DNA of 64,000 nt, taken from an uncultured Pseudomonadota bacterium. Its GTDB lineage: Bacteria > Babelota > Babeliae > Babelales > UBA12411. The position numbers and the translations under genes were made by a program. How positions within the stretch are numbered: position 1 is the first letter of the stretch; each line of letters opens with the position of its first letter. Under the pieces are notes generated by a model that was given only the letters and a program-made list of their open reading frames with translations, searched no databases and was not told where the DNA came from. The stretch is from the NCBI GenBank assembly GCA_964491895.1, contig CAZBHK010000002.1, positions 79,660-143,659 on the forward strand, written 5' to 3'. This document shows, in pieces, positions 45,934 to 56,097 of this stretch.

Positions 45934-47814
45934 CTATGCTTCATCCATTTCTTCGTCAACTCCATCATCCAAAACTTGAGCAAGAAGCTCATCTTCAAGC
46001 TCTCCTGGTTGTTCATCAAGCATATCTTCTAAATCCGAAGCCTCTTCTTTAAAAGATTCCTTCGCTATAGGAGTTAAAACTTCTGGAACTACTTCTTTTG
46101 CAACAGGAGCTTCCTCTTTATTTTCAGATGATTTAGGAGAATTAATAAAAATAGACTTAAGCTCAGAAGAAGATGCTTTTTTAACTGACTCTTGCGTTGA
46201 TTGCTCAACAGGTTTTTCTTCTTTTTTTGATTCTTTCACTACAGGTGCTACTGCTGGAGTTACTGACGCTAGAGGCTCTCTAATAGGTTGCGCTGGTACA
46301 ACAACCTCTTTTTTACCTAGCTTAGACTCAACATAAGAAGCAACTTGACCTATCCAACTTTCTAAAAATGACCATGTGCTTGAAAATAAAGAAGATGTAA
46401 CGGTATAAACTCTGCCAAATAAATTAAAGAAAGTATCAAGAAGCTTATCATACCAAGAACCAACTACTTCCTTTTTAATTTCTATTGATTTACCTTCTAT
46501 TGATTTAACAGGTTCGCCTAATGAAGCAATTTCATCTTTTTGTAAAGTTAATCCATCTTCTATTGTTTTAATAAGATTAGTAACGATCACCATTTGCTGC
46601 TCTGTGCTCTCTACTGTTGCATTAAAATTAGTAGAAAACTCACCTTGAATGAAATCAATTACATCCTTAATCTTTTTATTAATATTTTTTATCTTAAAAA
46701 ATCGTTCTCTGGCATTATTTTCATCCTTAATTTCCCAAATTTCATTATATAATTTACGTGATTGAGCTGATTCCTGAATAATGTCTCTTATCTGGGCATT
46801 AAGCTTTTCCATTCTTTCTGCAAGAGCAGCATCTAGATCATCAATAGATTTAATATCTGTTTTAAGCTTCTCCAAATCTTTGCCAAGTTGAATCATTTTA
46901 GCTTCATAACCTTCTTCATCAAATATACCTTCTATCTGTGATCTCGTAATCTCCTTACTTTTTTTAGATTTAATAAAAAAGGATTTAATATACTCTATGA
47001 TAGCTTCAGTAAAATTAAGTATAACTCCATGCCAAGTCTTAGCATCAATTTTAGCCTGTTCTACATCAGCTTTAACAGCAACCTCTAATGCCCTTGCCTG
47101 TTCAGCACTTGCTTCATAAGCTTTTTTAAGCTCTTGTATTTTAGTTTCGCCAGCACCAGCACTTTTATAAAATGGATCTAATTTCTTTTCTTGAATATCC
47201 TGATACTTAGCCCAAAAAGATTCTTTTATTTGTTCTATCTCAGCAATTCTATCCTGAACCTTATTATTAACTTCTCTAGCCTTGACTAACCATTCACGTT
47301 TTTCATACCAATTACCACGATCACCAATATCTTCTTCTGTTAATTTAATGTCATCTTCATCTTCTTCACTAAATTCACCTGCTTTATCTAACTTTTCTTC
47401 TCCGATAAATTCAGGTGATTCCTCTGTTATAGTATCCTTAGTTGCTTTAGCTATAAACTCTTTTTCTGAAGTTAATACTGATTCTTCTTTAACAGGTTCT
47501 TCTTTTTTTTCTTCAAAATTCTGTTCATTTTTTTTAGTAATTTCTTCAGATTTTGCTTCCTTTTCTATATTAGTGGATACTGGTTCTGTCTTTGTCAGTT
47601 CTTTCTCTTTAGTTGTTGATTTGGCCATTTCTTGTGATTTACTAGAAACTGGTTCGAATTTCTCAATAGATGATTTTTCTTCTGCAACAGAAGTTTTTTT
47701 TATATCTTCAGATTTAAACATGATCGCATCATCAGACTTTTTTTCAGTTTCCTGAGCAATAATGTGTGAAATACTAAAAACTACAAGCGTAATAAAGACA
47801 AGAACTTTTTTCAT
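45934..47814 (-). CDS. Secreted, highly acidic E/K-rich coiled-coil protein (626 aa), unknown function
   Basis: Signal peptide MKKVLVFITLVVFSISHIIA. Long E/K/S-rich low-complexity regions flank a central helical core. The C-terminus is DLEDMLDEQPGELEDELLAQVLDDGVDEEMDEA. Confidence 0.55.
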   Translation of the reverse strand: MKKVLVFITLVVFSISHIIAQETEKKSDDAIMFKSEDIKKTSVAEEKSSIEKFEPVSSKSQEMAKSTTKEKELTKTEPVSTNIEKEAKSEEITKKNEQNFEEKKEEPVKEESVLTSEKEFIAKATKDTITEESPEFIGEEKLDKAGEFSEEDEDDIKLTEEDIGDRGNWYEKREWLVKAREVNNKVQDRIAEIEQIKESFWAKYQDIQEKKLDPFYKSAGAGETKIQELKKAYEASAEQARALEVAVKADVEQAKIDAKTWHGVILNFTEAIIEYIKSFFIKSKKSKEITRSQIEGIFDEEGYEAKMIQLGKDLEKLKTDIKSIDDLDAALAERMEKLNAQIRDIIQESAQSRKLYNEIWEIKDENNARERFFKIKNINKKIKDVIDFIQGEFSTNFNATVESTEQQMVIVTNLIKTIEDGLTLQKDEIASLGEPVKSIEGKSIEIKKEVVGSWYDKLLDTFFNLFGRVYTVTSSLFSSTWSFLESWIGQVASYVESKLGKKEVVVPAQPIREPLASVTPAVAPVVKESKKEEKPVEQSTQESVKKASSSELKSIFINSPKSSENKEEAPVAKEVVPEVLTPIAKESFKEEASDLEDMLDEQPGELEDELLAQVLDDGVDEEMDEA

Positions 47815-47862
47815 AGATTCCCTACTTACAAAAAAAATAAATTTTTAACATTAAAACAATAG

Positions 47863-48327
47863 TTATAATGTTTTTGCAAGTTCTTTCAGTTCTTTAAATA
47901 AACTCTTTACCAATTCCTCCGCTTCAACAGATGTATAACTCCATTTAATTCCAGAATCTATTCTAGTCAAAATAGATCGATCACTTTTAATATCAATAAT
48001 ATCTATACGAACTATATTCATCAGCGGATGTACTTTAGATGGAGCTCTCACTACTCCAGCACGACCTAAAACACTATAAGCAACATTTTTTTCATCCATA
48101 AAGCATAACATAATTTTTTTTTGCCAGACCATATTCTTATAACCGGCGTGATCTTTATGAATAGAAATTAAAAGACTTTCATCTCCCTTTGGATAAATAC
48201 ACTGAAGAGGTGTTGTATGTGGTAACCCCCGCTCAGAAAATGTTGAAAGAACTGCAACAGATTGTTCTTTCTTTAAAATTTCCAGTAAATCCTCTGGTAA
48301 TTTAACACCAACATGTTTAGCTGCCAT
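47863..48327 (-). CDS. Pyridoxamine 5'-phosphate oxidase-like (split beta-barrel, FMN-binding family) protein
   Basis: The pattern LLEILKKEQSVAVLSTFSERGLPHTTPL ... and the 154-aa size are typical of PNPOx-like/general stress protein 26-type folds. The call is weak. Confidence 0.45.
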   Translation of the reverse strand: MAAKHVGVKLPEDLLEILKKEQSVAVLSTFSERGLPHTTPLQCIYPKGDESLLISIHKDHAGYKNMVWQKKIMLCFMDEKNVAYSVLGRAGVVRAPSKVHPLMNIVRIDIIDIKSDRSILTRIDSGIKWSYTSVEAEELVKSLFKELKELAKTL

Positions 48328-48375
48328 ATAACTCCTATAGCTAGAAGGTAATGTAACAATTTTAAAACTCAGAAA

Positions 48376-49491
48376 CTAATCACTCAAAAGACTCAAAACG
48401 ACTTCGTTTTCTAACGCCATCCCCTTAAGTGTTAACGTAATATGCCCTTCTCGCATCCTTACTAAATCTTGCTTCATAAGCATATCAAGCCTACCTAAAA
48501 CATGGTTACTATTTTCCCCATCATTTAACAAGTATAACATGGTATGCAAGTCTAATCCACTAGACTTGCGCAAAGTCAGCATCAGAGTCTCCATCTGATG
48601 CTGACTTTCACTTAAAAATTCTTTTATTTCATGTACTCCTGTAGCTGTAAGATACTCCATTAAATTTCTAGAATTGGTAAACCGTTCCTTACCATTAAAT
48701 GATGAGGCCCCCACCCCAAATCCTTTATAAGGCACTCTATCCCAATAAGCTTTATTGTGTAAAGACTGATATCCATCTAAAGAAAAATTAGAAATCTCAT
48801 ACTGAAGAAGCCCCTTAGACTCTAAAAATTTAACTGTATTTTCATACCGCTTGATCAAAGTATCATCCTTTAGAATCTTCAAAGCCTTACTCTTAACCTT
48901 AAAATATAGAGAAGTATTTTCCTTAACCATTAGCATATAGGTAGATAAATGGGTTATAGGCCAAGAAGTGACCTTTTCTAATGTTTTAAGCCATGCATCA
49001 TTAGTGATCCCTGGCAGCCCTAAAATTAAGTCTATGGAAACATTATCAAAATAATTAAAAACCTTATCCATTAAACTATAAACCTCTTCACAAGTTTGGG
49101 TTCTATTTAAACTTGCAAGAACCTTATCATCCAAAACCTGAACCCCTATGCTAAGTCTGTTAATTCCAAGTTCTTTCCACACTTTTAGCATCTCATGAGT
49201 AACATCTCCAGGGTTAACCTCTATAGAAATCTCTTTTACCTCTGATAAATCAAAATTTTTATTTATTAATAAAAAAAGTTCCTTTAACAATTCTAAAGGA
49301 TATAAACTGGGAGTCCCTCCACCCAAAAAAATAGTTTTAACTTTTTCAGTTGATTGATAAGACCTAATCTCATCACATAAAGCATCATGATACTGCTTTA
49401 TAAATAATTCATGTTTAGCAAAGGCAGTAAAATCACAATAATGACACTTACTTTTACAAAATGGCCAATGAATATAAAGATGTTTAGACAT
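48376..49491 (-). CDS. hemW: Radical SAM heme chaperone HemW / oxygen-independent coproporphyrinogen oxidase-like
   Basis: LYIHWPFCKSKCHYCDF (CxxxCxxC), FLGGGTPS, and a C-terminal HemN_C-like domain. Confidence 0.85.
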   Translation of the reverse strand: MSKHLYIHWPFCKSKCHYCDFTAFAKHELFIKQYHDALCDEIRSYQSTEKVKTIFLGGGTPSLYPLELLKELFLLINKNFDLSEVKEISIEVNPGDVTHEMLKVWKELGINRLSIGVQVLDDKVLASLNRTQTCEEVYSLMDKVFNYFDNVSIDLILGLPGITNDAWLKTLEKVTSWPITHLSTYMLMVKENTSLYFKVKSKALKILKDDTLIKRYENTVKFLESKGLLQYEISNFSLDGYQSLHNKAYWDRVPYKGFGVGASSFNGKERFTNSRNLMEYLTATGVHEIKEFLSESQHQMETLMLTLRKSSGLDLHTMLYLLNDGENSNHVLGRLDMLMKQDLVRMREGHITLTLKGMALENEVVLSLLSD

Positions 49492-49992
49492 TTATTGTTT
49501 TTCAGGAATAGTACGTTTTACAATATCTAAAGCAAGCTCCCAATCTCTATACGCCTTAATTGGAAGCGCTTTTTCCCCCGCAAACTTAACAAACCGAGAT
49601 CCTTTTAAAATTTCAATAAGATCTTTTGTTAAGGTCATATCAAACTTTATTTTTTTCAAATACTGCTCTAACTCTTCATCCGTTTTCTCCTCTAGATCAA
49701 GATTATAGCATATACTTAAAAATTTTTTCAAAATTTCAGTCAAATTGAAATAAAAAGTTTTAAACTGCTCCTTTGTCTCAAAAAAACTAGGGTCTATTTT
49801 TTTTATCTCAATTTCAACCTTCTGCCAAAGAGTGACTGTAACAGTTTTTCTAGATTTAAAAAAACTATATAAAAAAAATATTATTAATATAAATATTATT
49901 CCTATAATAGGATAAATGAGTAATGGTTTTCTCCATAATGGTATATAATAAAAATCATAAATATCATAAAATGGTATTTCTTTATCCATCAA
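49492..49992 (-). CDS. Single-TM DUF4381-like protein (Bat/MoxR-operon accessory type)
   Basis: The N-terminus carries a YYIPLW motif followed by one TM. The C-terminal region TDEELEQYLKK ... LKGSRFVKFAG resembles DUF4381. ATGA overlap with the DUF58 gene. Confidence 0.5.
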   Translation of the reverse strand: MMDKEIPFYDIYDFYYIPLWRKPLLIYPIIGIIFILIIFFLYSFFKSRKTVTVTLWQKVEIEIKKIDPSFFETKEQFKTFYFNLTEILKKFLSICYNLDLEEKTDEELEQYLKKIKFDMTLTKDLIEILKGSRFVKFAGEKALPIKAYRDWELALDIVKRTIPEKQ

Positions 49993-50855
49993 ATGCTTCT
50001 CCGAATGCGCTTATGAAAGAATTTTATTAAATCACTAGTAAATGGTTTATCGGTTGTTAAATTTAATAAATCAATTTTATATTTATCAAATAATTTTGAA
50101 AGATCATTAAAATGTTCATTTAAAAAAGGTTGAATTTTATTTGTATCCAGAACTAAATGCTCTCCAGTCTCAGGATCCTCTACTTCAAGCAACCCAATAC
50201 TTGGCAACTCTTTCTCAACATTATCCAAAATTCTCATCCCAATAAAATCGTGCTTATATGATACAACCTTGAGAATCTTTTTAAATTTTTCTATATCATC
50301 TATAAAATCTGACAACATAAAGACTACAAAATTATGTTTCTTTAAATTAATAAGAAATCTTAATGCTTCGTCTATATTGGTTCCTTTACTAGAAGCTTCT
50401 ATCGTAAGAATAATATTAAGAATATTATTTGCATGTACCATGCCCCTACTTGGCGGCACCCACTTTTCAACTTTATCAGAAAAAAATATAGCCCCAACCT
50501 TGTCATTATTATCGCTGGATATGAAAGTTAGCACGGAAGTAATAGTAGCAATCAGCTCTTTTTTAAGTTCAAGCTTTGATGAATAATTAGCAGAAAAAGA
50601 AATATCTACCATTAAAATAATAGTTCTATCACGTTCTTCTATAAACTGCTTTACCATAAGATTTCTTGATTTAGCAGAACTATTCCAATCCAAAAACCTT
50701 ACGTCATCACCATGCTGATATTCCCTTATCTGATGAAACTCCATTCCAGAGCCCTTAAATGCAGAAATATAATCTCCTGATAATGAGGAAGATACTAATT
50801 TTTTTGTAAAAATCTTAATATGCTTTATTTGTGATCTTACTAATTCGGACAACAT
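49989..50855 (-). CDS. DUF58 domain protein (VWA-like, MoxR-associated family)
   Basis: Hallmark FKGSGMEFHQIREYQHGDDVRFLDWNSSAK, followed by a VWA-like ILMVDISFS. Confidence 0.85.
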   Translation of the reverse strand: MLSELVRSQIKHIKIFTKKLVSSSLSGDYISAFKGSGMEFHQIREYQHGDDVRFLDWNSSAKSRNLMVKQFIEERDRTIILMVDISFSANYSSKLELKKELIATITSVLTFISSDNNDKVGAIFFSDKVEKWVPPSRGMVHANNILNIILTIEASSKGTNIDEALRFLINLKKHNFVVFMLSDFIDDIEKFKKILKVVSYKHDFIGMRILDNVEKELPSIGLLEVEDPETGEHLVLDTNKIQPFLNEHFNDLSKLFDKYKIDLLNLTTDKPFTSDLIKFFHKRIRRSI

Positions 50856-50858
50856 TTA

Positions 50859-52100
50859 TCACCATAATGCTTCTAACTTTTGTTCTAAAACAACAGGAAA
50901 TACTACAGATCCATCTCTCTGTTGATAAGTTTCCATCAATGCAATAATAAGCCTTGGTAACGCAAGTGATGAAGCATTAAGAGTATGTACAAGTTTAGGT
51001 TTGGCATTTGCATCTTCTCTGTATCTAATAGCAGCTCTTCGTGCTTGAAAATCTGTACAATTACTTATTGATGACACTTCATAATACCGATCCTGACCTG
51101 GCAACCAGACTTCAACATCATATGTCTTAGCAGAAGAAAACGAACAATCCTGAGCAGCCAAAAGAGAAACCCTGTAGTGCAATCCTAAAGTTTGTAAAAT
51201 CTCTTCTGCACAAGCTAGCATTCTTTCTTGTTCATCAGCAGAATTTTTAGGTTCACATAATGTATAAAGTTCTACCTTATCAAATTGATGAATACGAATT
51301 AATCCTCTTTCCTGAGCACCATAACCACCAGCCTCTCTTCTAAAGCAATTACTTTTTGCACAAAAACGCATTGGTAATTCTTCTTTTTGTAATATCTTAT
51401 CTGCATAAAGATTAGTTAATGGGACCTCTGCTGTAGGAATCAGATATAAATTATCAGCTGAAATTTTATAAACATCTTCGGCAAATTTTGGAAGATTACC
51501 AGAATTAATTAATGCTCGCTCTGTTACAATCTCAGGTGTTGATACTGGAGTAAAGCCATGCTTAGTATTAATCTTAAACATAAGTGTTATAAGAGTATAT
51601 ATTAACTTAACAGCCTTGCCTTTATACAAAGCAAATTGTGCTCCTGACATACTTGCTGCCGCATGAAAATCTAGCCATCCAAGAGATTCACCAAGTTCTA
51701 CATGGTTTTTAGGTTTAAATGTAAACTCAGGCTTTTCTTGAAAAATTTTTATAACTTCATTCTTTTCTTTATTACCAGCAGGAACATCTTCAAATAATAA
51801 GTTGGGACAAGAAAGCCAAATCTTCTCAAATTCTTTTTCTGAAGATTCTAAACATTCTTCTTCTTCTTTAATTTTTCTACTTATCTCAATAGATTTGTTC
51901 CTAAGCTCTTCCGAGATACCCTTTTTTGCCTGATTCGAAATACCATTTCGCTCGTTCCTTAAATGATCAATAGAAGTTTTAAGTTTACGAACAATGTTAT
52001 CCAATTCAATGAATCTATTAACATTAAAGCTAGGATCCTTTTTTAAAATTATATCCTTGATTTTTTCCGATTCATCTCTTAAATAAGCTAGGTCTATCAT
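50859..52100 (-). CDS. serS: Seryl-tRNA synthetase
   Basis: N-terminal coiled-coil arm. Class II motifs are FRREAG and GAQERGLIRIHQF, with motif 3 TLNASSLALPR. The Met at 52100 (MIDLAYLRDE) fits the usual N-terminus; the track ORF extends to 52118. Confidence 0.93.
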   Translation of the reverse strand: MIDLAYLRDESEKIKDIILKKDPSFNVNRFIELDNIVRKLKTSIDHLRNERNGISNQAKKGISEELRNKSIEISRKIKEEEECLESSEKEFEKIWLSCPNLLFEDVPAGNKEKNEVIKIFQEKPEFTFKPKNHVELGESLGWLDFHAAASMSGAQFALYKGKAVKLIYTLITLMFKINTKHGFTPVSTPEIVTERALINSGNLPKFAEDVYKISADNLYLIPTAEVPLTNLYADKILQKEELPMRFCAKSNCFRREAGGYGAQERGLIRIHQFDKVELYTLCEPKNSADEQERMLACAEEILQTLGLHYRVSLLAAQDCSFSSAKTYDVEVWLPGQDRYYEVSSISNCTDFQARRAAIRYREDANAKPKLVHTLNASSLALPRLIIALMETYQQRDGSVVFPVVLEQKLEALW

Positions 52101-52169
52101 TATATAATCCCTTAACAAATAATTTTGTATGTATTATATCACGTATGTATTACAGAACAAAGGCTTATA

Positions 52170-53750
52170 TCACATAGCCTTTCTGAACCGCCAATGAATA
52201 TCTATAGTCCTAAGCTTCTGCGAGTTAGGAAGTTCTAATGTTTGGATCTGTTCTATAATGTATAAAATACGTTTTCTATCTTCCCTAGAAACACTTATAG
52301 AATTTGCATCCTTAGAAAGTTCATAAATCCAAAAAGATAATAGTCCTATATCTGCTTTTAAAAAAGGTTTATTGTCAGAGTACTTACTTATAACCTGATC
52401 AATATTTAAAATAGAATATTCAACAGACTCATAAACACTATTCTTAAATTTACTTATTGTTTTTTTAGTTAATAAAGAAAGTGGAATTACTGGAAGTATT
52501 CCATGTAACCATAAGGCTACGTCATTAATTTTTTGTAATATTGGAGCCAAGTTATAAAAAAATAATTCTGTATTAACTATAAGTGAATCATACCACTGAC
52601 TCTTAGCGGTACCAAGACTAAATAGAGTTTCAAGCCGATTAAGGAATGTATTTATAACAGTTTGCATTATTTTTAGATTTTTATCTTGAGTATTGGTGAA
52701 AAATTTACCTTTTATAAAATCAATATCTAGTAATTTACGTACTGCTTCCTCAAATTTATCCTGTGATATATCACCATTTTCAACTAACTGATGTAATAAT
52801 CCAGCCTTAGGATCTAACATTTTTTTTGACCAATCATCAATGGCTAACTTCATATTCTGTATATATCCAGAATAATTGATATCCAATTCTTTAATCCCTT
52901 CATCAGAAAAAACGCTATAATCTCTTAATCCAGGTATATTACATATAATTTTAATATCACTTTTTATATTATCTTTCGCAATATCCATTATATTTTTACC
53001 ATCCCTAGATTTCCAACCGGATGCTTCTTGCAAGGACTCAAAACTAGACTGTAATTGTTCCTTTAAAAAGTTATAAGTATTTAAAGATCTTTTCTTCCAA
53101 TCAACCTTATCATAAGTAAACACAATAACCATGCCTATAAATAACACAGACCAGATTGTAACAATAAATTTTTCTCTATATAGCTCTAAAAACGCAGGAA
53201 TAAAATGTTTAAGCCTATTATCATAAAATTTATATTTAAGTTTTTTTAAATATAAATCATAAGTATCAAGTTGTGCTCTAATATTGCCACGTATAGGACA
53301 TTTAATACCACTAATTTGCGAAATAGTCTCACCAAGAAATATAACTACCGCTTGTATATTATCTTTTAAGTCCACTTCTGTTGAATTTTTGAGTTTTAAC
53401 TGCTGTTCCTTTATATCTGGCAAAATAGAAGCTAATTCACGAACTAAAATTAAACATGCCTCTCGTTGACTTTCAAGACGCAATGCCGCTTCTTCAGAAT
53501 TTCTCTGAAGAATATATTTATCTATCTTAAGACCAATTTTATTAACGTTAGAATAACGTGAACCACGCCAATCATCACAACTATGTACATATCCATAAAG
53601 GCGTTCTAATAATTCTAAAACTTTTTTATTAAGACTATCCAATTGTTGATACGTCTTATGTTTAACATTATATTTAGAAGAATCAGCACTAAGTGTTACT
53701 GAAAAAAAAATAATAATAATTAAAAAAAAACATCTAATATTCATAACCAT
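52170..53750 (-). CDS. Hypothetical membrane protein (526 aa)
   Basis: N-terminal hydrophobic signal/anchor (FFLIIIIFFSVTLSA) and an internal TM (FIVTIWSVLFIGMVIVFTY). No recognised motif. Confidence 0.45.
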   Translation of the reverse strand: MVMNIRCFFLIIIIFFSVTLSADSSKYNVKHKTYQQLDSLNKKVLELLERLYGYVHSCDDWRGSRYSNVNKIGLKIDKYILQRNSEEAALRLESQREACLILVRELASILPDIKEQQLKLKNSTEVDLKDNIQAVVIFLGETISQISGIKCPIRGNIRAQLDTYDLYLKKLKYKFYDNRLKHFIPAFLELYREKFIVTIWSVLFIGMVIVFTYDKVDWKKRSLNTYNFLKEQLQSSFESLQEASGWKSRDGKNIMDIAKDNIKSDIKIICNIPGLRDYSVFSDEGIKELDINYSGYIQNMKLAIDDWSKKMLDPKAGLLHQLVENGDISQDKFEEAVRKLLDIDFIKGKFFTNTQDKNLKIMQTVINTFLNRLETLFSLGTAKSQWYDSLIVNTELFFYNLAPILQKINDVALWLHGILPVIPLSLLTKKTISKFKNSVYESVEYSILNIDQVISKYSDNKPFLKADIGLLSFWIYELSKDANSISVSREDRKRILYIIEQIQTLELPNSQKLRTIDIHWRFRKAM

Positions 53751-53880
53751 TCCAGTTGCATGTTTAAGAAATAAACATTTTATAGAAAAAGTTAATTAAC
53801 ACAAATCTCTCAAATTTCACAAAATACAATTCTTACAATATTATTAATAAAACTTTGAATAAAAAAATAGGAATAAAATA

Positions 53881-55284
53881 ATGAATCCAAATATTTTTAG
53901 AGAATATGACATCCGTGGAATAGTTGGAAAAGATTTCAAACTAGAAGAAACATCTAACTTAGCAAAAGCAATATTTACTTATTTTATTAAACATGATCCA
54001 CTACTTTCAAAAATTATCATAGGCACTGATGGTAGAACACATTCTCCTATAATTAAAAAAGCTGCAATAGAAGCAGCAACAATGATGGGTCTAAATGTTA
54101 TAGATATAGGCCTATGCCCAACTCCACTTTTTTACTTTTCTTTATTTAATACTGAAGCAACTACTGGCATAGTAATTACAGCATCACATAACCCAAAAGA
54201 ATATAATGGAATTAAAATCTGCCTAAACCAAAAAATGGTTTGGGGCGACAAAATAAGAGCAATATACCAAATATATCAATCACAACTATTTGCTCAAAGC
54301 ACTATTCAAGGTACTGTCACTCAAATAGATATAATCACTCCTTATATAGATTGGATGGAAAATAACTTTCCTCATTTAAAAAATATTGCTATTAATGCTG
54401 CTATAGACTCTGGCAATGGTGCAGCAGGAGTAGTAATCCCTAAACTTATTGAAAGAATGGGCTGGGAAAATACAACTCTTTTATGCCAAGATGTTGATGG
54501 TAATTTTCCCAACCATGAAGCAGACCCAACAAATATCTCTAACATGAACTGTGTCATAAATGCTCTACGTAATAACCCAACCTTAGAATTTGGTTTAGGC
54601 CTAGATGGTGATGCAGATAGAATGAATCCTATCACAAAAACTGAGCTACTTATTCCAGGCGATGAACTTCTCGCTTTATACAGCCAACAAGTCATAAAAA
54701 ATAATCCACATGCCGCAGTAGTATTTGATATAAAAAGTTCACTAAGTCTTATCGAAGAACTTAAACGTCTTGGAGCCAAAGCCTGTATAGCACCATCAGG
54801 ACACTCATATATTAAAGAAGCAATGCTCAATAACAATGCTTTATTAGCAGGCGAACTAAGCTGTCATTTCTTTTTCAAAGATAAATATTTTGGATATGAT
54901 GATGGGATCTATGCAATGATCCGTCTTATAGAAATTTTACAAATAACAAAGCAACCTTTAGAAAAATTATTAGAATCATTTCCCAAAAAAACAAGCTCTA
55001 AAGAATTCCGCATATCATGTCCTGATGAAGAAAAACAATCTATAATAAATCACGTTAAACAATTCTTTGCATCAAAACAATGTAAAGAAATTATAACAAT
55101 AGATGGTATTCGTGCTCAAATGGAATATGGATGGGGACTAGCAAGAGCGTCTAATACACAACCAGTAATAAGTCTTAGATTTGAATCTGATAATAATCAA
55201 GATTTAAGAAAAATAAAAAATGACTTTATAGAAGCACTTACTCCTTACTTTCACAATGCAGAATTAGATGAACTCAAATCATAA
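53881..55284 (+). CDS. Phosphomannomutase/phosphoglucomutase (alpha-D-phosphohexomutase)
   Basis: IFREYDIRG, the phosphoserine loop TASHNPKEYNGIK, the Mg site GLDGDADR, and the sugar loop GELSCH. Confidence 0.88.
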   Translation: MNPNIFREYDIRGIVGKDFKLEETSNLAKAIFTYFIKHDPLLSKIIIGTDGRTHSPIIKKAAIEAATMMGLNVIDIGLCPTPLFYFSLFNTEATTGIVITASHNPKEYNGIKICLNQKMVWGDKIRAIYQIYQSQLFAQSTIQGTVTQIDIITPYIDWMENNFPHLKNIAINAAIDSGNGAAGVVIPKLIERMGWENTTLLCQDVDGNFPNHEADPTNISNMNCVINALRNNPTLEFGLGLDGDADRMNPITKTELLIPGDELLALYSQQVIKNNPHAAVVFDIKSSLSLIEELKRLGAKACIAPSGHSYIKEAMLNNNALLAGELSCHFFFKDKYFGYDDGIYAMIRLIEILQITKQPLEKLLESFPKKTSSKEFRISCPDEEKQSIINHVKQFFASKQCKEIITIDGIRAQMEYGWGLARASNTQPVISLRFESDNNQDLRKIKNDFIEALTPYFHNAELDELKS

Positions 55285-56095
55285 AAAATTATTAGGTTTA
55301 CATATCCCTTTAATAAAAAATTACAGCTATTCTGCAATGATAGCCAAATATGCTGGCTGTAATATTGTTCAATTATTCCCAATACGAAATAAAGAAAATA
55401 AACATCTTCCTGTTCTTGATGAAGACTTAACAAAATTCAAAACGTTTAATTTTGAAACAATATATTTACATAGTTCATTTAAAATTAACTTAGCATCATC
55501 AAATAAAAATCAAGCTAAGTTATCTCAATATTTATTTAACAAAGAGTTAAAGATTGCAAAAGAATTAAATGCTAATTATATAGTGATTCATCTAGGATCA
55601 GCTCAATCCAGCTCTAAAAAATCTGCTATAGAGCGAATAACTAACTTTCTTAACAAAGTTATTGAAAAAGAAAATAAAATAAAAATCTTATTGGAAAACT
55701 CTGCACATAATGGCAAGGTCATAGGTGGTGATCTAAATGATTTCATTATAATAAGACAGCAAATAGCATTCCCAGATAAAATAAAATTTTGTATAGATTT
55801 TGCACATGCTTTCGTATACGGGTATGATCTTAGCAAGACAGAGCTCTTTATAAGCCTATTAGATAAGACAGTGGATATTAAAAATATCAAATTAATTCAT
55901 TTAAATGATTCAAGTGAAAAATTTGGAAACAAAAAAGATATACATGCTCCTCCAGGATATGGCAATATAGGAAAAGAAGTCTTACAAAAACTTATTGAGC
56001 ATCCTATGCTAAAAAATATTCCTATGATAGTTGAGCTTCCTTTTAATAAACTAAATAAAAGCAAAGAAATTTTACAAGAAATAAAAAACTGGTAA
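55268..56095 (+). CDS. nfo: Endonuclease IV-like AP endonuclease (xylose isomerase-like TIM barrel)
   Basis: LGLHIP at the N-terminus, then IVIHLGS, ILLENSA, CIDFAHAF and IHLNDS. These match the Endo IV metal-ligand blocks. Confidence 0.75.
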   Translation: MNSNHKKLLGLHIPLIKNYSYSAMIAKYAGCNIVQLFPIRNKENKHLPVLDEDLTKFKTFNFETIYLHSSFKINLASSNKNQAKLSQYLFNKELKIAKELNANYIVIHLGSAQSSSKKSAIERITNFLNKVIEKENKIKILLENSAHNGKVIGGDLNDFIIIRQQIAFPDKIKFCIDFAHAFVYGYDLSKTELFISLLDKTVDIKNIKLIHLNDSSEKFGNKKDIHAPPGYGNIGKEVLQKLIEHPMLKNIPMIVELPFNKLNKSKEILQEIKNW

Positions 56096-56097
56096 AT

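Noticed and set aside
47282-47755. 157-aa Ser-rich ORF on the plus strand.
   Set aside because: It is the antisense of the E/K-rich acidic protein gene. GAA/AAA-rich codons read as TTC/TTT/TCT-type codons on the opposite strand, so this is a compositional artefact.
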